Source: Octopus bimaculoides
Lineage: Eukaryota
Length of the DNA stretch: 47,853 nt
Reading direction: 5' to 3'
Assembly (NCBI RefSeq): GCF_001194135.2
Contig: NC_068990.1
Location: 27,632,708 to 27,680,560, forward strand
Shown here: positions 1 through 14,080 of the stretch, piece after piece
Layout of the letters: each line of letters opens with the position of its first letter
Numbering within the stretch: position 1 is the first letter of the stretch
Program-made: the position numbers and the translations under genes
Notes under the pieces: generated by a model
Databases searched by the model: none
The model's input: the letters and a program-made list of their open reading frames with translations, nothing else
What the model was told of the DNA's origin: nothing

Positions 1-438
1 ATATATATATACATATGGATATACATATATATTTATACTTGGCTTTACTTTATACTTGGCTTTACTTTATGCTTCGTTTGCATATCCGTGCATTGAAATT
101 ACGAGTTTGACAGCAAAAAGGCAAAATATTTCTTATCATATTGAAACGCAGTGTTCAAAGTGGATAAGTAGTGCATTATAATTTCGAAGAAGATAAAACA
201 TTCGTCGTTAATGTTTAAGTGTTTTCGCTATTTTGGCAATCCTACAAATTGTTCGGTTCGATTTTGAAGACCCAGTTTTTATATCGAGCAACATGAATAA
301 GAATTCCAGTCACTGAGGTGACATGCCAGTTTTTTAGAAATCTGCGCATTACATACATAAACGCACATTCACACTCGCATGCAAACACATTTGTACCACA
401 CACACAAACACACACACATACGTTCACACACATCTATG

Positions 439-492
<54 letters not shown>

Positions 493-1185
493 TATCGTTT
501 TACAAATTAGCATATACATTGATGTTTGTACACACTCACACATATACATATATTTACGCATGTATGTGCATATATATATGTGTATATGTGTGTGTGTGTG
601 TGTGTGCATATATATATATATATATAAGCATAAAAATGTGTATGCATATATATATATACATACGAACACATAATTATGTACATGTGTATGCATTGAACAT
701 TTCAAATATGAAATACAAATGCCTGAATAAGAATAAAATACGGTTTGCGTTTTGTGCTTTCTCNNNNNNNNNNNNNNNNNNNNNNNNNNNNNNNNNNNNN
801 NNNNNNNNNNNNNNNNNNNNNNNNNNNNNNNNNNNNNNNNNNNNNNNNNNNNNNNNNNNNNNNNNNNNNNNNNNNNNNNNNNNNNNNNNNNNNNNNNNNN
901 NNNNNNNNNNNNNNNNNNNNNGTATACATAAACATTTATATATACTTATATATGTATATACACAGCGTTTGACGATACCAGTATGACTTTCAATCTCTTT
1001 AACAATTCAAAATAATGACTTTTATTCCTCTTAATTCTACCTCAGTTCACCTAATTGTATATATTTTCCGTTTCTTTTCATAAAAAGAGCCTTCATTTTT
1101 TTTTATTTGATATTCAATGCGCATTTTTGTTTTTCTTTTACTTCTTTCATTCCCCATATCTTTTCTGCACGTGTAGTTTCTCAGT

Positions 1186-1232
1186 GGATGCGTAATGACC
1201 CAGTGGTTAGGGCAGCGGACTCGCGGTCATAG
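1186..1232 (+). mobile_element. Isolated SINE type C head fragment
   Basis: GCGTAATGACCCAGTGGTTAGGGCAGCGGACTCGCGGTCATAGGAT matches the 5' end of the 23672 and 42664 copies. Confidence 0.7.
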
Positions 1233-2094
1233 GATTACCCTGAGTAATTACTGATAGTACTTGCCCTGTATGTATGTATGTATTACTGCGAGTATCTTCG
1301 GATGTGTACATACGCGTGTACGTGGGAGTCTGGTCCCGGTCACTTACAGTATGAAATGGTATAAATTTTCACTTTTGCTTTACCATCCTTTTAAAACATT
1401 TTCTCATTCAATTTTACAATTTCAAATCAAGTTTTTTATTCTTCGAAATTAGTTTCTTTTCTCGCATCGGAATTACACTGACATTCCAAAAGCCAAGTCA
1501 TGCTTTTTTTTTTTGTTTATTTCGTATATTCCACACATACTAACTGCAAATGTGGATTTAAACTTACAGCCAATATCAGAACAAGCAACACACAACTGTC
1601 TTCATTGTAGATATCACCTCAAAAAAAACGAGATATTGAAGACGTACACTGGATGATTACAGCGTGTAGTCGAAATACACAACGACAAATACCCAAAGTA
1701 GGAGTTTATTCTCAAAGGAAACTATTTCAAGTCGTCACCTGTCAACAGTAAATTTAATGATTCAAACCTTCCTCATTGTGAGTGAATTCGGTGTAATTTA
1801 TGTTCTTTTTCTTTCCAATTAAATTCTCATTTATTTCATGTTCACACTTGTCAGAGAAGTTAAGACGTCGACCGGAAAATCCCATAATTCAAATTGTGGG
1901 TAAATAATTAAAGAATGCAATAGTTGAAGAAGTTACATTTAATATGTCTGTATATATATGCACACAAAGGCAAAGAAAGACAACATACACACACAAATTA
2001 CACAGACATATATACTCTACACACCCACTCATATATATATGTAGGTGTATGTACATACATCATTGTACGTTTGCATTTATATATACACGGATAC

Positions 2095-2095
<1 letters not shown>

Positions 2096-2193
<98 letters not shown>

Positions 2194-2391
2194 NNNNNNN
2201 NNNNNNNNNNNNNNNNNNNNNNNNNNNNNNNNNNNNNNNNNNNNNNNNNNNNNNNNNNNNNNNNNNNNNNNNNNNNNNNNNNNNNNNNNNNNNNNNNNNN
2301 NNNNNNNNNNNNNNNNNNNNNNNNNNNNNNNNNNNNNNNNNNNNNNNNNNNNNNNNNNNNNNNNNNNNNNNNNNNNNNNNNNNNNNNNNNN

Positions 2392-2462
<71 letters not shown>

Positions 2463-2725
2463 CATACACTCATGCACACACACGTATATTTACATATCTA
2501 TATTTTATATTTGTAAATATACCTGTATATATATTTATTCATCCGTATATGTATGTATGTATGTATGTTTGTATGTATGTATGGTTGCATGCATGTATGT
2601 TTGTATGTATGTATGGTTGCATGCATGCATGTTTGTATGCATGTATGTATGTAGGTACGTATATATATTTATGTATGTGTGTATGTATGCATGTATGTAT
2701 GTACGTATGTATGTATGTATGTGTA
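2096..2725. repeat. (TATC)n-(TA)n-gap-(CA)n-(TATG)n microsatellite cluster
   Basis: Read directly. Confidence 0.95.
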
Positions 2726-3324
2726 TAATGAAAATCACGTCTTCATAGCTGTCGTTTGCCCTTTCTTACAGCATCATAATTCATTACGGCCAATCCTTAC
2801 TTTGTGTTCTTCATTCTCTCTTATTTCATTCTCAGTCGTTCGCAATCCCCTATAATCTTCTGTTTACCTTTTCTGTCTGTGAAGCGATTGTTCCATTATA
2901 ATTACCAGCTGAATGATGGACGGTTGGTTAGTTCACTGATTTCTGCAGCCACGTATTACATCATGTTGAGAGAGGATGAGACAGTGGGGTAAAAGAGAAA
3001 TACAGAATGTGTTAACATAAGAAGTGCTTGGTGAGTGCACATACTAGGCTTGGTGTCAGAAGGAGGAGTCGAGAGAATGATTAATTAGTTTTAGGAGTTG
3101 TATTAGAAATTTGATTTATTTTATTTCATTGTAATTAATAGATATTTTTGTTTCCTATCATTATTTTTACAAATATATTTGATAAAAGTTGAATTATAAT
3201 TATACCTCGCACATTATATTTTCTACATTACCCATGGAGGCGATGGTACACTTCTAAACTTTCCTGCCATATGCTAAAGTAACCCTCTTGTTTTTTTAAT
3301 AAGTTGGAATATAATTCTTTAACT

Positions 3325-3450
3325 GACACTTTTCGGTTGCGACAATGAGTGTTCAAGTTGATCCTGCCATCGGAACGGCCTATTCGTGAAATTAATGTGC
3401 AAGTAGCTGCGAATTCCACAGACACACCTATCCTTAACGTAGTTCTCAGC
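3325..3450 (-). mobile_element. Old SINE C/D 3'-module fragment
   Basis: CGTGAAATTAATGTGCAAGTAGCTG..TCCACAGACAC..CCTTAACGTAGTTCTC. Confidence 0.6.
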
Positions 3451-4016
3451 GTGGCATAAAATGCTGAACTTTGAAACAGAAGTACTTCTCAGTTTTGAAA
3501 GCCGAGCAGAGAGGAGCAACTTGGAATAAAATGTCTTATTAAGTAAGATATACAATTATGGCTTCCATCCATCTGATGAACATGGGCCATCATGAAACAT
3601 TATAATACAATACACGAAATAATATTAAACGGGGATACGATAGTTGATTGCACAAAAAAAGGGAGACAACTGTGGGAACATTATTGACAGCAAAATACGA
3701 ACTCAGAACAACATGGAGTATGATTATATTAAATATTTCACAAAATCTCTTAGGGTTAAACCGTTAAATTATTTCGAATTCAACATTGACGATTTGATCA
3801 GTTACAACAGAATTCCAATGCTTCTTTGATGTCTGGTACAAAGGACAAAAACGATGAGCCAATATCGCTTCCATTTTATTGAAATGATAGAAGGCTTTCA
3901 GAAGTCAATTCTCTGAGAAGTGATGGTTCTTTTCCAAATTAAACATAAAAAATAAAATAAGGAAATATGAAATCATCTCAGTGAAAAAAACTAAACAGGA
4001 ATGAAGTGTCATCTTT

Positions 4017-4060
<44 letters not shown>

Positions 4061-4117
4061 AACACGCACACACAAACACACACACATGTGCACACATATA
4101 TATACATGTACTCATAT

Positions 4118-4160
<43 letters not shown>

Positions 4161-4924
4161 ATATATATATGTATATNNNNNNNNNNNNNNNNNNNNNNNN
4201 NNNNNNNNNNNNNNNNNNNNNNNNNNNNNNNNNNNNNNNNNNNNNNNNNNNNNNNNNNNNNNNNNNNNNNNNNNNNNNNNNNNNNNNNNNNNNNNNNNNN
4301 NNNNATATATATATATATATATAATGTCTACATGTGCACATATCTACATAGAAGCAGAGACATGCACGCATATGTATATATACACATGTGTATATATATG
4401 CATAGATATAAATTTTCAAGTATTTTCCTTCTGAATAACCCGGGCAGTATCACTTTTTTTGGCGTAAAAGAACCCCAAAAAACTTTCAGGTTTATAGAAG
4501 ATATTAATAGATATTAAACAATCCAGTGATCGTGTGGCCATCACGTGAATTAGAAATAATACACATAAAAAGGGGCCAAAACGGATAAGGGAAGATTAAC
4601 CATGATGGCTCACATTCGAATATTTCATTTAAGCGAAACCGTCGCGGTTCCAAAATTGAAATAGTTAAGAGAAAATAATCGAAAATAATTAAAAGGAAAT
4701 AATTGAATTAGATAAAAAAAAGTTATAGAAAATCATTTCAAATAATATTGATGTTACGCGATAAAAAAAATAAATAATAAAAGCCTTTATCTTAGATGTT
4801 GCCATATGAAATAAGGTGGATGTTAATTGCATTGAAAATAATTAAAGTGAATATAGGAGGGAGTAAATCAAATGCGCATGTGCAGAGTGTTAAACTGCAA
4901 GTCAGGCCGTGGTCGTTAAACGTC

Positions 4925-5607
4925 TGTGTGTGTATGTGTGTATGCACGTGAGTGTGTGTGTTTGCTTGTGTGTGTATGTGCGGGTGAGTGTGTGTGTATA
5001 CGCGTGAGTGTGTGGTTTTTTTTGTATGGGTGTGTGTGTGCGTGCGCGGTTCAGTGCATGTCTGTGTTTGTGTTGTGTGTGTGTACCCGTGTGAGTGCTT
5101 GTGCGAGAGACTTTGTGTGTGTGCGTGCGGATGACTGTGTATATGTGTGTAACTGTGTGTGTGTGTGTGAATGTGCGTGTGGTTGTGTGTGTGAATGCAC
5201 GTGTGTGTGTGTGTGTGCAGGTGAGTGTGTGTGTATGTGTGTGAGTGTGTGTGTATGNNNNNNNNNNNNNNNNNNNNNNNNNNNNNNNNNNNNNNNNNNN
5301 NNNNNNNNNNNNNNNNNNNNNNNNNNNNNNNNNNNNNNNNNNNNNNNNNNNNNNNNNNNNNNNNNNNNNNNNNNNNNNNNNNNNNNNNNNNNNNNNNNNN
5401 NNNNNNNNNNNNNNNNNNNNNNNNNNNNNNNNNNNNNNNNNNNNNNNNNNNNNNNNNNNNNNNNNNNNNNNNNNNNNNNNNNNNNNNNNNNNNNNNNNNN
5501 NNNNNGGTGTACGCGGGTGAGTGTGTGTGTGTGTGCGAGAGTGAGTGTTTGTGTGTGTGTGTGTGTGTGTGCGCGCACGTGGGTGAGTGTGTGCTTGTGT
5601 GTGTATA

Positions 5608-5666
<59 letters not shown>
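4925..5666. repeat. Long degenerate (GT)n followed by (GA)n, containing an N-gap
   Basis: Read directly; the gap is at 5258-5505. Confidence 0.95.
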
Positions 5667-5671
<5 letters not shown>

Positions 5672-6371
5672 AGTAACTTAAATTTACAAGGTGCATACTT
5701 GAACTTAAATATCAGATTTGTTCGCTAATGGAACACTTTAATTTTTACGATGCATTTATCGGATTTCTGAAATCATGTTGGATTTAAAAAGGTAACTTAA
5801 TTAGAAAGTGAAAATTTCAATTCACACGGCAGCGCCTTTTTGCTGTGTCTCAGTGTTGTGTCATATTATGATTGGAGGTGAGGAAGTACAAAAAGGCAAA
5901 AAACTCTTAGACTGCAAGAGAAAAATCCAATTGAAGGAAATTGTGGTTATCAATAAATATAGATTTCATGGCGTTTTAGAATTTCTGACGGGAATTTAGA
6001 TGGAGTGGTCCGCATAGTTTTCATCATCATTATCCTCCATACGTTAACATTACTGCCCCGGTTTTTATGACTGGTTACCCATTTTCCATTGTCAAAGATT
6101 GACCATCCCCTCCATGTGGCACGCCAGTCCGTCGTAGGGTTACTCATTTAGAAGTGGTTTACTCAAGAAAAGTAAGATCCATTGGATCCAGGTATCGATG
6201 CACGATCGTTAGAGCAACAGTCTAATCACGAGTCCACGCGTTTTCGCCCTCAGCCCATGGTTGCAACTATTGCAATATAAGGAGTAATTATTAAGCACTT
6301 CAAGACTGAGTGATGTATTCGAAGTGCATGATGTAATATTTCATGCGATACTCTTACTAAGTGTGAACATA

Positions 6372-6531
6372 GACGCAGGTGTGGCTGTGTGGTAAGTAGG
6401 TTGCTTTCCAACCATATGGTTCCAGGTTCAATCTCACTGCATGGCATCTTGGGCAACTGTCTTCTACTATAGCCTCGAGCCGACCAAAGGCTTGTGAGTG
6501 GATTTGGTAGACGGAAACTGAAAGAAGTCCA

Positions 6532-6611
<80 letters not shown>

Positions 6612-6850
6612 GTGTGTGTGTGTGTGTATGATTGTGTGCCTGTGTTTGTCGCCCCAACATCGCTTGACAACCGATGCTGGTGTGTGTACGTCCCCGTAAC
6701 CTAGCGTTTCGGCAAAGAGACCGATAGAATAAGTACGAGGCTTACAAAGAATAAGTTCTGGGGTCGATTTGTTCGACTAAAAGGTGGTACTGCAGCATGG
6801 CCACAGTCAATTGACTGAAACAAATAAAAATAAAAGAATGAAACAAGATA
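6372..6850 (+). mobile_element. SINE type A, full length, with internal (TA)n/(TG)n
   Basis: tRNA-like head (GTGGCTGTGTGGTAAG...GGTTCAATC), body GCCGACCAAAGGCTTGTGAGTGGATTTGGTAGACGGAAACTGAAAGAAG, internal microsatellite at 6534-6630, and a 3' half ending CAGTCAATTGACTGAAAC. It is homologous to 7 other copies in the window. Confidence 0.9.
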
Positions 6851-6868
6851 CTACTGTTTCCCCAAATA

Positions 6869-6916
<48 letters not shown>

Positions 6917-6919
6917 GTA

Positions 6920-7052
6920 CGAGGTGTTATCAAAAATTCTCGGACTAATTATTTACCGAAGTTTTACAATAATCTCCTTCGAAATTGTCATCTTGCGCAG
7001 CAATACACGGGTCCCAGCTTTCCTGCCAGTTTTGGAATCCGGCCTGAAACGG
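6920..7052 (-). mobile_element. Mariner 3'-end fragment (a different family from 26979)
   Basis: TA-CGAGGTGTTATCAAAAA terminus. The minus strand translates to QAGFQNWQESWDPCIAAQDDNFEGD, matching the mariner C-terminal motif FQKWxxRWxxCIxxxGDYFEG. Confidence 0.75.
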
Positions 7053-7421
7053 TATGTAAATGCATATATAAAATATGATTAAGATTCAATTGAATTAGGT
7101 ACTTAAATTGAGGCACCATGATAGTTCGGTATAATCTGCACATCTCAAGAATATTATATATATGTATATATGTATATGCACAGACACAGAGACACAAACA
7201 TACACACATACATACACACACACATACACACATTTATACGGAAATTTTAGACCTACACACAGACTGATTTATACACATACGTACACATTAACAGTAGGAC
7301 ACGTACGCAAATACCTACACGTGGTATGTGTGTGTCTAAGTATGTGTTTGTGTGTGTGTGTGTGCAACTGTGCGTGTGCGCATCTGTGTGTGTGAAGCGT
7401 GTGTGCGCGTTTGTACGTGTG

Positions 7422-7655
7422 TTATTTCTTTACTACCCACAAGGGGCTACACAGAGAGGGGACAAACAAGGACACACAAACGGATTAAGTCGATTATATC
7501 GACCCCAGTTCGTAACTGGTACTTATTTAATCGACCCCGAAAGGATGAAAGGCAAAGTCGACCTCGGCGAAATTTGAACTCAGAACGTAGCGGCAGACGA
7601 AATACCGCTAAGCATTTCGCCCGGCGTGCTAACGTTTCTGCCAGCTCGCCGCCTT
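7422..7655 (-). mobile_element. SINE type B, full length, well preserved
   Basis: The reverse complement reads GGCGGCGAGCTGGCAGAAACGTTAGCACGCCGGGCGAAATGCTTAGCGG..TGAGTTCAAATTTCGCCGAGGTCGACTTTGCCTTTCATCCTTTCGGGGTCG. It has A-box- and B-box-like motifs and is near-identical to 24193-24430. Confidence 0.9.
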
Positions 7656-8435
7656 AACGGCGAGTGTGTATTGCAATATCGTCGTTAATGTAAGCAGAAA
7701 TTTTGCGGTGAAAGGAAACAATGAGCAATATAAAAATAATTTAGAAAGATCAGCAATGAATGAGAATGTACATACAATGCTATTAATTACATGCCAGCGA
7801 GTTTCTTCCCGATCAATGAGTGGATGTTAACAATATTTCATGTAGAAAACAATAATACAATATTATAGATTGATAAGATAATAAGAGAAATTGTAGCAAG
7901 CCCTTAGATTTATGATTTATCATACTCATATAGATTTAATTATCAACGGGTCAGTGAAGTTAACTGTGAAAATATATTGTTCAATAGAAACAACTCGAAA
8001 TGTTTGTGCAATTAATGTATATTTTGATTGAGGTTTTAGAGACTGCTTCACCAGCAGTGTAATAATTCGTAGGAGATAACACCATAACGTTTCGAACAAC
8101 GCTTATGATTAGATTACACGTGCAGCTAATTGACATTTTAGATTTCATAGTTCCTAATAGTTTCTTCCTCATGAAGCCTACATGTTTGGCATTGCGTGCG
8201 AACCTACGACAATGCCATCTCCATAATAGAATCCGCTGGTACAAATATAAGATCTTCGCAGCTTGTCTTGGAAACAAAGCTTTTATTTTTTTCTGTCAAT
8301 AAACGAAAGCAAAGTGTTATTCTTTCATAGTTTATTACATTATAGATGCTACTTGCATTAGTCGTTATTTTCGCCAGGTAAGAGTTGGAAACAAATTGTA
8401 GTTAATGCAAATTTTCGTCCCGCCATCAAGCCTGG

Positions 8436-9080
8436 TTATGGGATAAGTTGGTCGCTTCCCCACCGCGAGGTTGTGAGTTCAGTCCCATTGCGTGATAACT
8501 TTGGCAGAACGTTGGCACGCCGGCCGAAATGCTTAGCGAGATTTCGTCTGCCACTGCATTCTAAGTTCAAATTTCGCCGAGGTCAACTTAACCTTTCATA
8601 CTTTCGCGGTCGATTAAATAAATACCACATAAGAACTGGGGTCGATGTAATCCAATCAATTCCTTGTTTGTCTCCTCTATGTTTAGGGGCAATAATGAAA
8701 TAATGCCTTTTATTATATTTTAGGGCCGACCAAATCTTGTGAGTGGATTTGGTAAACGAAAACTAGTATATNNNNNNNNNNGGGGGGTGCGCGTGTGCGT
8801 GCGTGCGTGCGTGTGTGTGTGTGTGTGCGCTCGTTTGTATATGTCTATTTGTGTTCATGAGTGCTTGCGCGGATATCTGTTTTAGTCCCCCCACGACTGC
8901 TAGACTACCGGTGTTTTTGCATTCATCACGACCCCGTAGTCTGGCGGTTTGGTAAAACAGACCGATCGAATAAGTAATAGTCTTTATAATAGAAGTCCCT
9001 GAGTCGATTCATTCACCTATAAATTCTTCAAGCGGGTGCTCCAGCTTGACCGCAGTCTAATGAATGAAACAAATAAAGAA
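8436..9080 (+). mobile_element. SINE type A interrupted by a nested type B copy
   Basis: A degenerate A head at 8436-8500 is followed by a type B copy at 8502-8703. A resumes at about 8704 (TGCCTTTTATTATA..GGGCCGACC), then the internal microsatellite/gap and the A 3' half. Confidence 0.7.
8502..8703 (+). mobile_element. SINE type B nested in type A
   Basis: TGGCAGAACGTTGGCACGCCGGCCGAAATGCTTAGCG..AAGTTCAAATTTCGCCGAGGTCAAC..CTGGGGTCGATGTAATC. Confidence 0.8.
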
Positions 9081-9405
9081 TCTGTAAATACTGATTATAT
9101 TACGAAAACTAAGCGAAACCACGCTAGAATTTATAAGCAGCAACCCGTTAGATACACTTTAATCACACTGCCCTCTGTCCACAGGGATTTATAAAACGAG
9201 TCTCTATGTGATTACTTCCGATTCTTGTCCCTTTGATATCTGTAAGAATCGCCGATTCCAATTTTGAGCCTGCGCAAATTAATGTCAGTGTGAGAACGTG
9301 GAAATATAATGGCCATGTCATCCCTATGCAGTAATGTCGGCTTCACTACTATAGACTTGACACGAAATGAAATCAGACAAGAAAAACGAAGTTGAAGACG
9401 GAGAA

Positions 9406-9423
9406 ATGATAATAATAATGATA

Positions 9424-9471
<48 letters not shown>

Positions 9472-9492
9472 ATGATGATGATGATGATGATG

Positions 9493-9547
<55 letters not shown>

Positions 9548-9714
9548 CAACAATAGCAACGTCAACATGAACATCATCCACAATGATGGTGATGATGATG
9601 ATGATAACGATGATGCTGATGATGCTAATGATGATGATGATGATAACGATGATGATGATGATGATAATGATGATGATGAAAATAAAAATAATAATAATGA
9701 TAATAATAATAATA

Positions 9715-9762
<48 letters not shown>

Positions 9763-9780
9763 GTGATGATAATAATAATG

Positions 9781-9844
<64 letters not shown>

Positions 9845-9850
9845 CAACAA
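9406..9850. repeat. Compound trinucleotide microsatellite (GAT)n/(AAT)n/(AAC)n
   Basis: Read directly. It explains the poly-M/I/D/N/H/Y/L ORFs in the track. Confidence 0.95.
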
Positions 9851-10087
9851 TAGCAGAACATGTCTCAAATCCCAGATGAAATAATTCCATCGAAAGTTGA
9901 TTTGGCAGCGAAAAATTAACCGATATTTGTCGTGCGATTCGTAAGAATTCTTTTGCTTCTGTGTGATTTTACTTGATTCCTTCTTTTACCGACGATAGAC
10001 GCGTCTCTGGAACCATGTGAAACGTATGTACGAACGTCTGCGAGTATGTATAGCGACCATTGTATGTATGTATGTATGTACTTGAGA

Positions 10088-10123
<36 letters not shown>

Positions 10124-11054
10124 ATGTGCATAAGTGTGTATATGTCTGTGTATGTGTGTGAAGCTATGTATGTGATTCTGTGTGTGTGTGTGTTTGTGTG
10201 TGTTTATTAGTAGCGCTCTCTTTTGTTTATGGTTAGTGTCTGATTAAATTTTCTGGGTGTGTGTTTGCCTGCGACCCACTTCGTGTGACACAGAGGTAGT
10301 TATGTGTCATGTGATATGTGGCNNNNNNNNNNNNNNNNNNNNNNNNNNNNNNNNNNNNNNNNNNNNNNNNNNNNNNNNNNNNNNNNNNNNNNNNNNNNNN
10401 NNNNNNNNNNNNNNNNNNNNNNNNNNNNNNNNNNNNNNNNNNNNNNNNNNNNNNNNNNNNNNNNNNNNNNNNNNNNNNNNNNNNNNNNNNNNNNNNNNNN
10501 NNNNNNNNNNNNNNNNNNNNNNNNNNNNNNNNNNNNNNNNNNNNNNNNNNNNNNNNNNNNNNNNNNNNNNNNNNNNNNNNNNNNNNNNNNNNNNNNNNNN
10601 NNNNNNNNNNNNNNNNNNNNNNNNNNNNNNNNNNNNNNNNNNNNNNNNNNNNNNNNNNNNNNNNNNNNNNNNNNNNNNNNNNNNNNNNNNNNNNNNNNNN
10701 NNNNNNNNNNNNNNNNNNNNNNNNNNNNNNNNNNNNNNNNNNNNNNNNNNNNNNNNNNNNNNNNNNNNNNNNNNNNNNNNNNNNNNNNNNNNNNNNNNNN
10801 NNNNNNNNNNNNNNNNNNNNNNNNNNNNNNNNNNNNNNNNNNNNNNNNNNNNNNNNNNNNNNNNNNNNNNNNNNNNNNNNNNNNNNNNNNNNNNNNNNNN
10901 NNNNNNNNNNNNNNNNNNNNNNNNNNNNNNNNNNNNNNNNNNNNNNNNNNNNTTCAATAAAATGGTGTAGAAATTCTTTTGAAATAAACTAATAAAACAT
11001 CACAGAAACAATGGTATAACATTAGTTTTAAGTAGATGTTATTAGTTTATCTCA

Positions 11055-11122
<68 letters not shown>

Positions 11123-12129
11123 TTATATATACACATATACAAACACTGATACACATGTACATAAACATGCATATATATATGTGCTCCAAATGCAGATACA
11201 TACATATGTGCGAACACAGTTGCACAGACACATTCACAAACCACACAAATACATATACATTTATATATGAGCATATGTGTGTGTGTTTGTGTGTGTTAAT
11301 GGTATAATTCAAACTTTCATTACTACGATTTTACCAGGCGTCTTGACGTTTTGATGCAATACCATTGATTGGTATAGCAGCCAAGAAAGTTCTTCTGTAA
11401 TTAGACATAATTTCTTTTGTGAATACATGCATAAAATTAAGTTTAGCTTGAGTTAAAAAGAGATCATTTCCAACATCGCATGCCACCACATGGAATAGTC
11501 TGACACAACCAACTGCCAGAACCATTCTTTGGTCTCTCCATTATAGTAATCTATTGGCCGACTCATCATGTTGACAAAATAATTACACAAGCATTATTTG
11601 TAGTAATTTCAATGGAAGAAGCATGAACCATAAGGACTCTTTTAGATGTACAGATGAGAATTTCCCCCTTGTTTCATTTGGAAGCCTCAGAAAAGGGAAA
11701 TGATCTGCTCTCATATGTTTCTGGTTACACAAACCCAACACAGATTTCAGACTTGTTCTTTAAAAAAAGGTCTTAGATTTAAAGAATCTGACACACACTT
11801 TAACAAGTAAACAGAATTTCCATATAGCTACGGACGACAGAGCTCTCTATTACCTAATTTTATGGTATCATTTGTAAACGTCTTTCTCCCCAATTTGAAG
11901 GATAACTTACGAAACATTGATGAAATCTAATAACTTATTTGCGATCCTTTAAGTTACCATCTAATTTACGGCTAAATTCCTCACAAAATCAATATATACG
12001 ATACCTAATCTGTTGAATCTGAGTTGTGCCCATGCTAGAAATCGCCCAGTGGTCGCTATAGCCTCTCACAGCCAATGAAATACAGGTAACACATATGAAG
12101 TGACACAAACTAGCCAGTAAAAGAAAGTA

Positions 12130-12316
12130 CCGTATTTGGTAGCATATAAAACGATTTTTCCTGAAAAGATGTCTGAAAAGACTCTGTCACGTGTCCTATT
12201 TGCCTAGTTTGGCCTGTTTTAATCTTTAATGCATTAAAACTTTTTTCCTGTATACGCCCTGCTGAAATTCGGATTCGTCTAACATGACCGTTTAGTTTTT
12301 GTGCCCTCAAATATGG
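12130..12316. mobile_element. Small pogo-like MITE (about 190 bp)
   Basis: TA-CCGTATTTGGTAGCATATAAAAC at the left end, versus the right end's reverse complement TA-CCATATTTGAGGGCACAAAAAC. This is an imperfect TIR of about 22 bp with TA flanks. Confidence 0.45.
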
Positions 12317-12935
12317 TATCACTATTTTCCAAAGGATAATGACTTCCTTGACTCCGACGCTCAAATAGCGACAAAGTGTTATCGTGTTCGAAATATTAAA
12401 AAAACAATTTTCTTTATGTGAAACGTAGAGTAATGCAAAACTGAGTCAATTTGCAGGTAGATATATTAAAACAGATGTCACACATTGAATGCTCTTCCCT
12501 TTAACATGTGTCTTTATTTTGACGTGTTTACCTATCTCTCTTGCTATATCTACACACGTTAAGTTTGTGTGTGCGTGTGGGAGTGTGTGTGTGTTTGTAT
12601 TATCCCGCAAAACTAAATCTCGCCTGTATATACATGCTTATAATCTCAAGCCGATACACAGACACACATTGTCATATTTCTATACAAATCAAGAAATCTA
12701 TATTCATAAATATAATAAACACACACACGCACATACACATGCACATACACACACACATACAAACAGACAGCTATGTATATAAATATATACACATATATAC
12801 ATAGGTATGTGTGTGTATATGTATATGTCTCTATATGTATATATATGTATATGTCTATGTGTGTGTTAGAGTGTGTATGTGTATGTGTGTATATATATAT
12901 ATATTCATATAGATACATTTCTACGTACATGTATA

Positions 12936-13102
12936 CTCTTTTACTCTTAATTGTTTCAGTTATTTGACTTCGACCATGCTGGAGCACCGCCTTTAGTCGA
13001 GCAAATCGACCCCAGATCTTATTCTTTGTAAGCCTAGTACTTATTCTATCGGTCTTCTTTGCCGAATCACTAAGTTGCGGGGATGTAAACACACCAACAT
13101 CC
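12936..13102 (-). mobile_element. SINE type A, 3' half
   Basis: Reverse complement of the A 3' module (GACCATGCTGGAGCACCGCCTTTAGTCGAGCAAATCGACCCC..TACTTATTCTATCGGTC). Confidence 0.85.
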
Positions 13103-13316
13103 AATCACGAGGCGTTTCTCGGCCCCAACGCTATAGTAAATGACCAGCGGCTCTGAAGCAAACTTGTTACTACACATCCGCACCTGCCGCACCTAAATGC
13201 ACCAATTTCTTCTTCAAGCAGCCGCCTCTGCCTGCACCTCACTACGTTTCACCATGAATCTCTGATCCACCTTGTAACAGTTCAATATATTTGTGCGTGT
13301 AAATAACATCAACGTA

Positions 13317-14080
13317 CCGTAAATACTCGGTTAAAAGTGGAAAAGTGGAATCTTCTACACCATTTTTTAATGTCAAATTTATGGGGTCGACAATTACATG
13401 GATATTACTTTTGAGAAGCGGAAATTCAAAGTAGATTCCGAAGTGACAACGTATCAGTAGCAGAAGCTCAACTGATCTCTAAGCGAATGAAAACAAAAAC
13501 ACAATGAATTACAGATACGTTACCAATTCTATGCATCAAAACACACATGCTAGTAAAATATAATGATCGCATTGGAACCACTGATCTAGCGATTAATTGA
13601 ATGTTTTTAGGATTATCAAAGTCATGCCTTTGTACAGATTCAGACAATGACGTTTGCCACTTTTCACCAACAGTACTCTCTGTGAAACACGTTTCTCACC
13701 ATGTAAACAACCAGTGTTTCACGCATGTTTATTGTGCTTGCAGATGTATGCATACATTTTAGTAAGAGTGATGTAGCACCCATCAAGGGATGTGTTGTGC
13801 TCGCTATTAAATGGTATTTCACTATAAGCACCGAACATTCCATTATAAGCACCAAACATTCCACCCGTAGAGCAGATTACTGTAAGGTAGCCACACAATT
13901 TTGTAACAGAGTTATTTCTACGTACAAAATTATACATTACCTTGATCAAACGATGTTGTCCTGTTGTCCGTAGAATACTAGTGAATACTTTTATACGGGG
14001 TCTATAGAAATTTCCTAAGTTTTGGCCAAAAATAGGGGTCGACTTTTATATGAGATCGAATATTACTCGAGTATGTACAG
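13317..14080. mobile_element. Degenerate non-autonomous pogo/Tigger-like DNA transposon
   Basis: TA-CCGTAAATACTCGG at the left end and CTCGAGTATGTACAG-TA at the right end form imperfect TIRs with TA flanks. A subterminal GGGGTCGAC motif occurs near both ends. No convincing transposase remains. Confidence 0.55.

Noticed and set aside
3565-3605. CTGATGA...GAAA hammerhead-like word
   Set aside because: There is no stem I pairing and no workable stem II.
8346-9241. Signal-peptide-like mini-exon MLLALVVIFA (8346-8377, GTAAGA donor) plus an exon-like segment at 9185-9241
   Set aside because: Joining them gives an immediate stop (R-D-L-*). The phases are incompatible and there is no other support.
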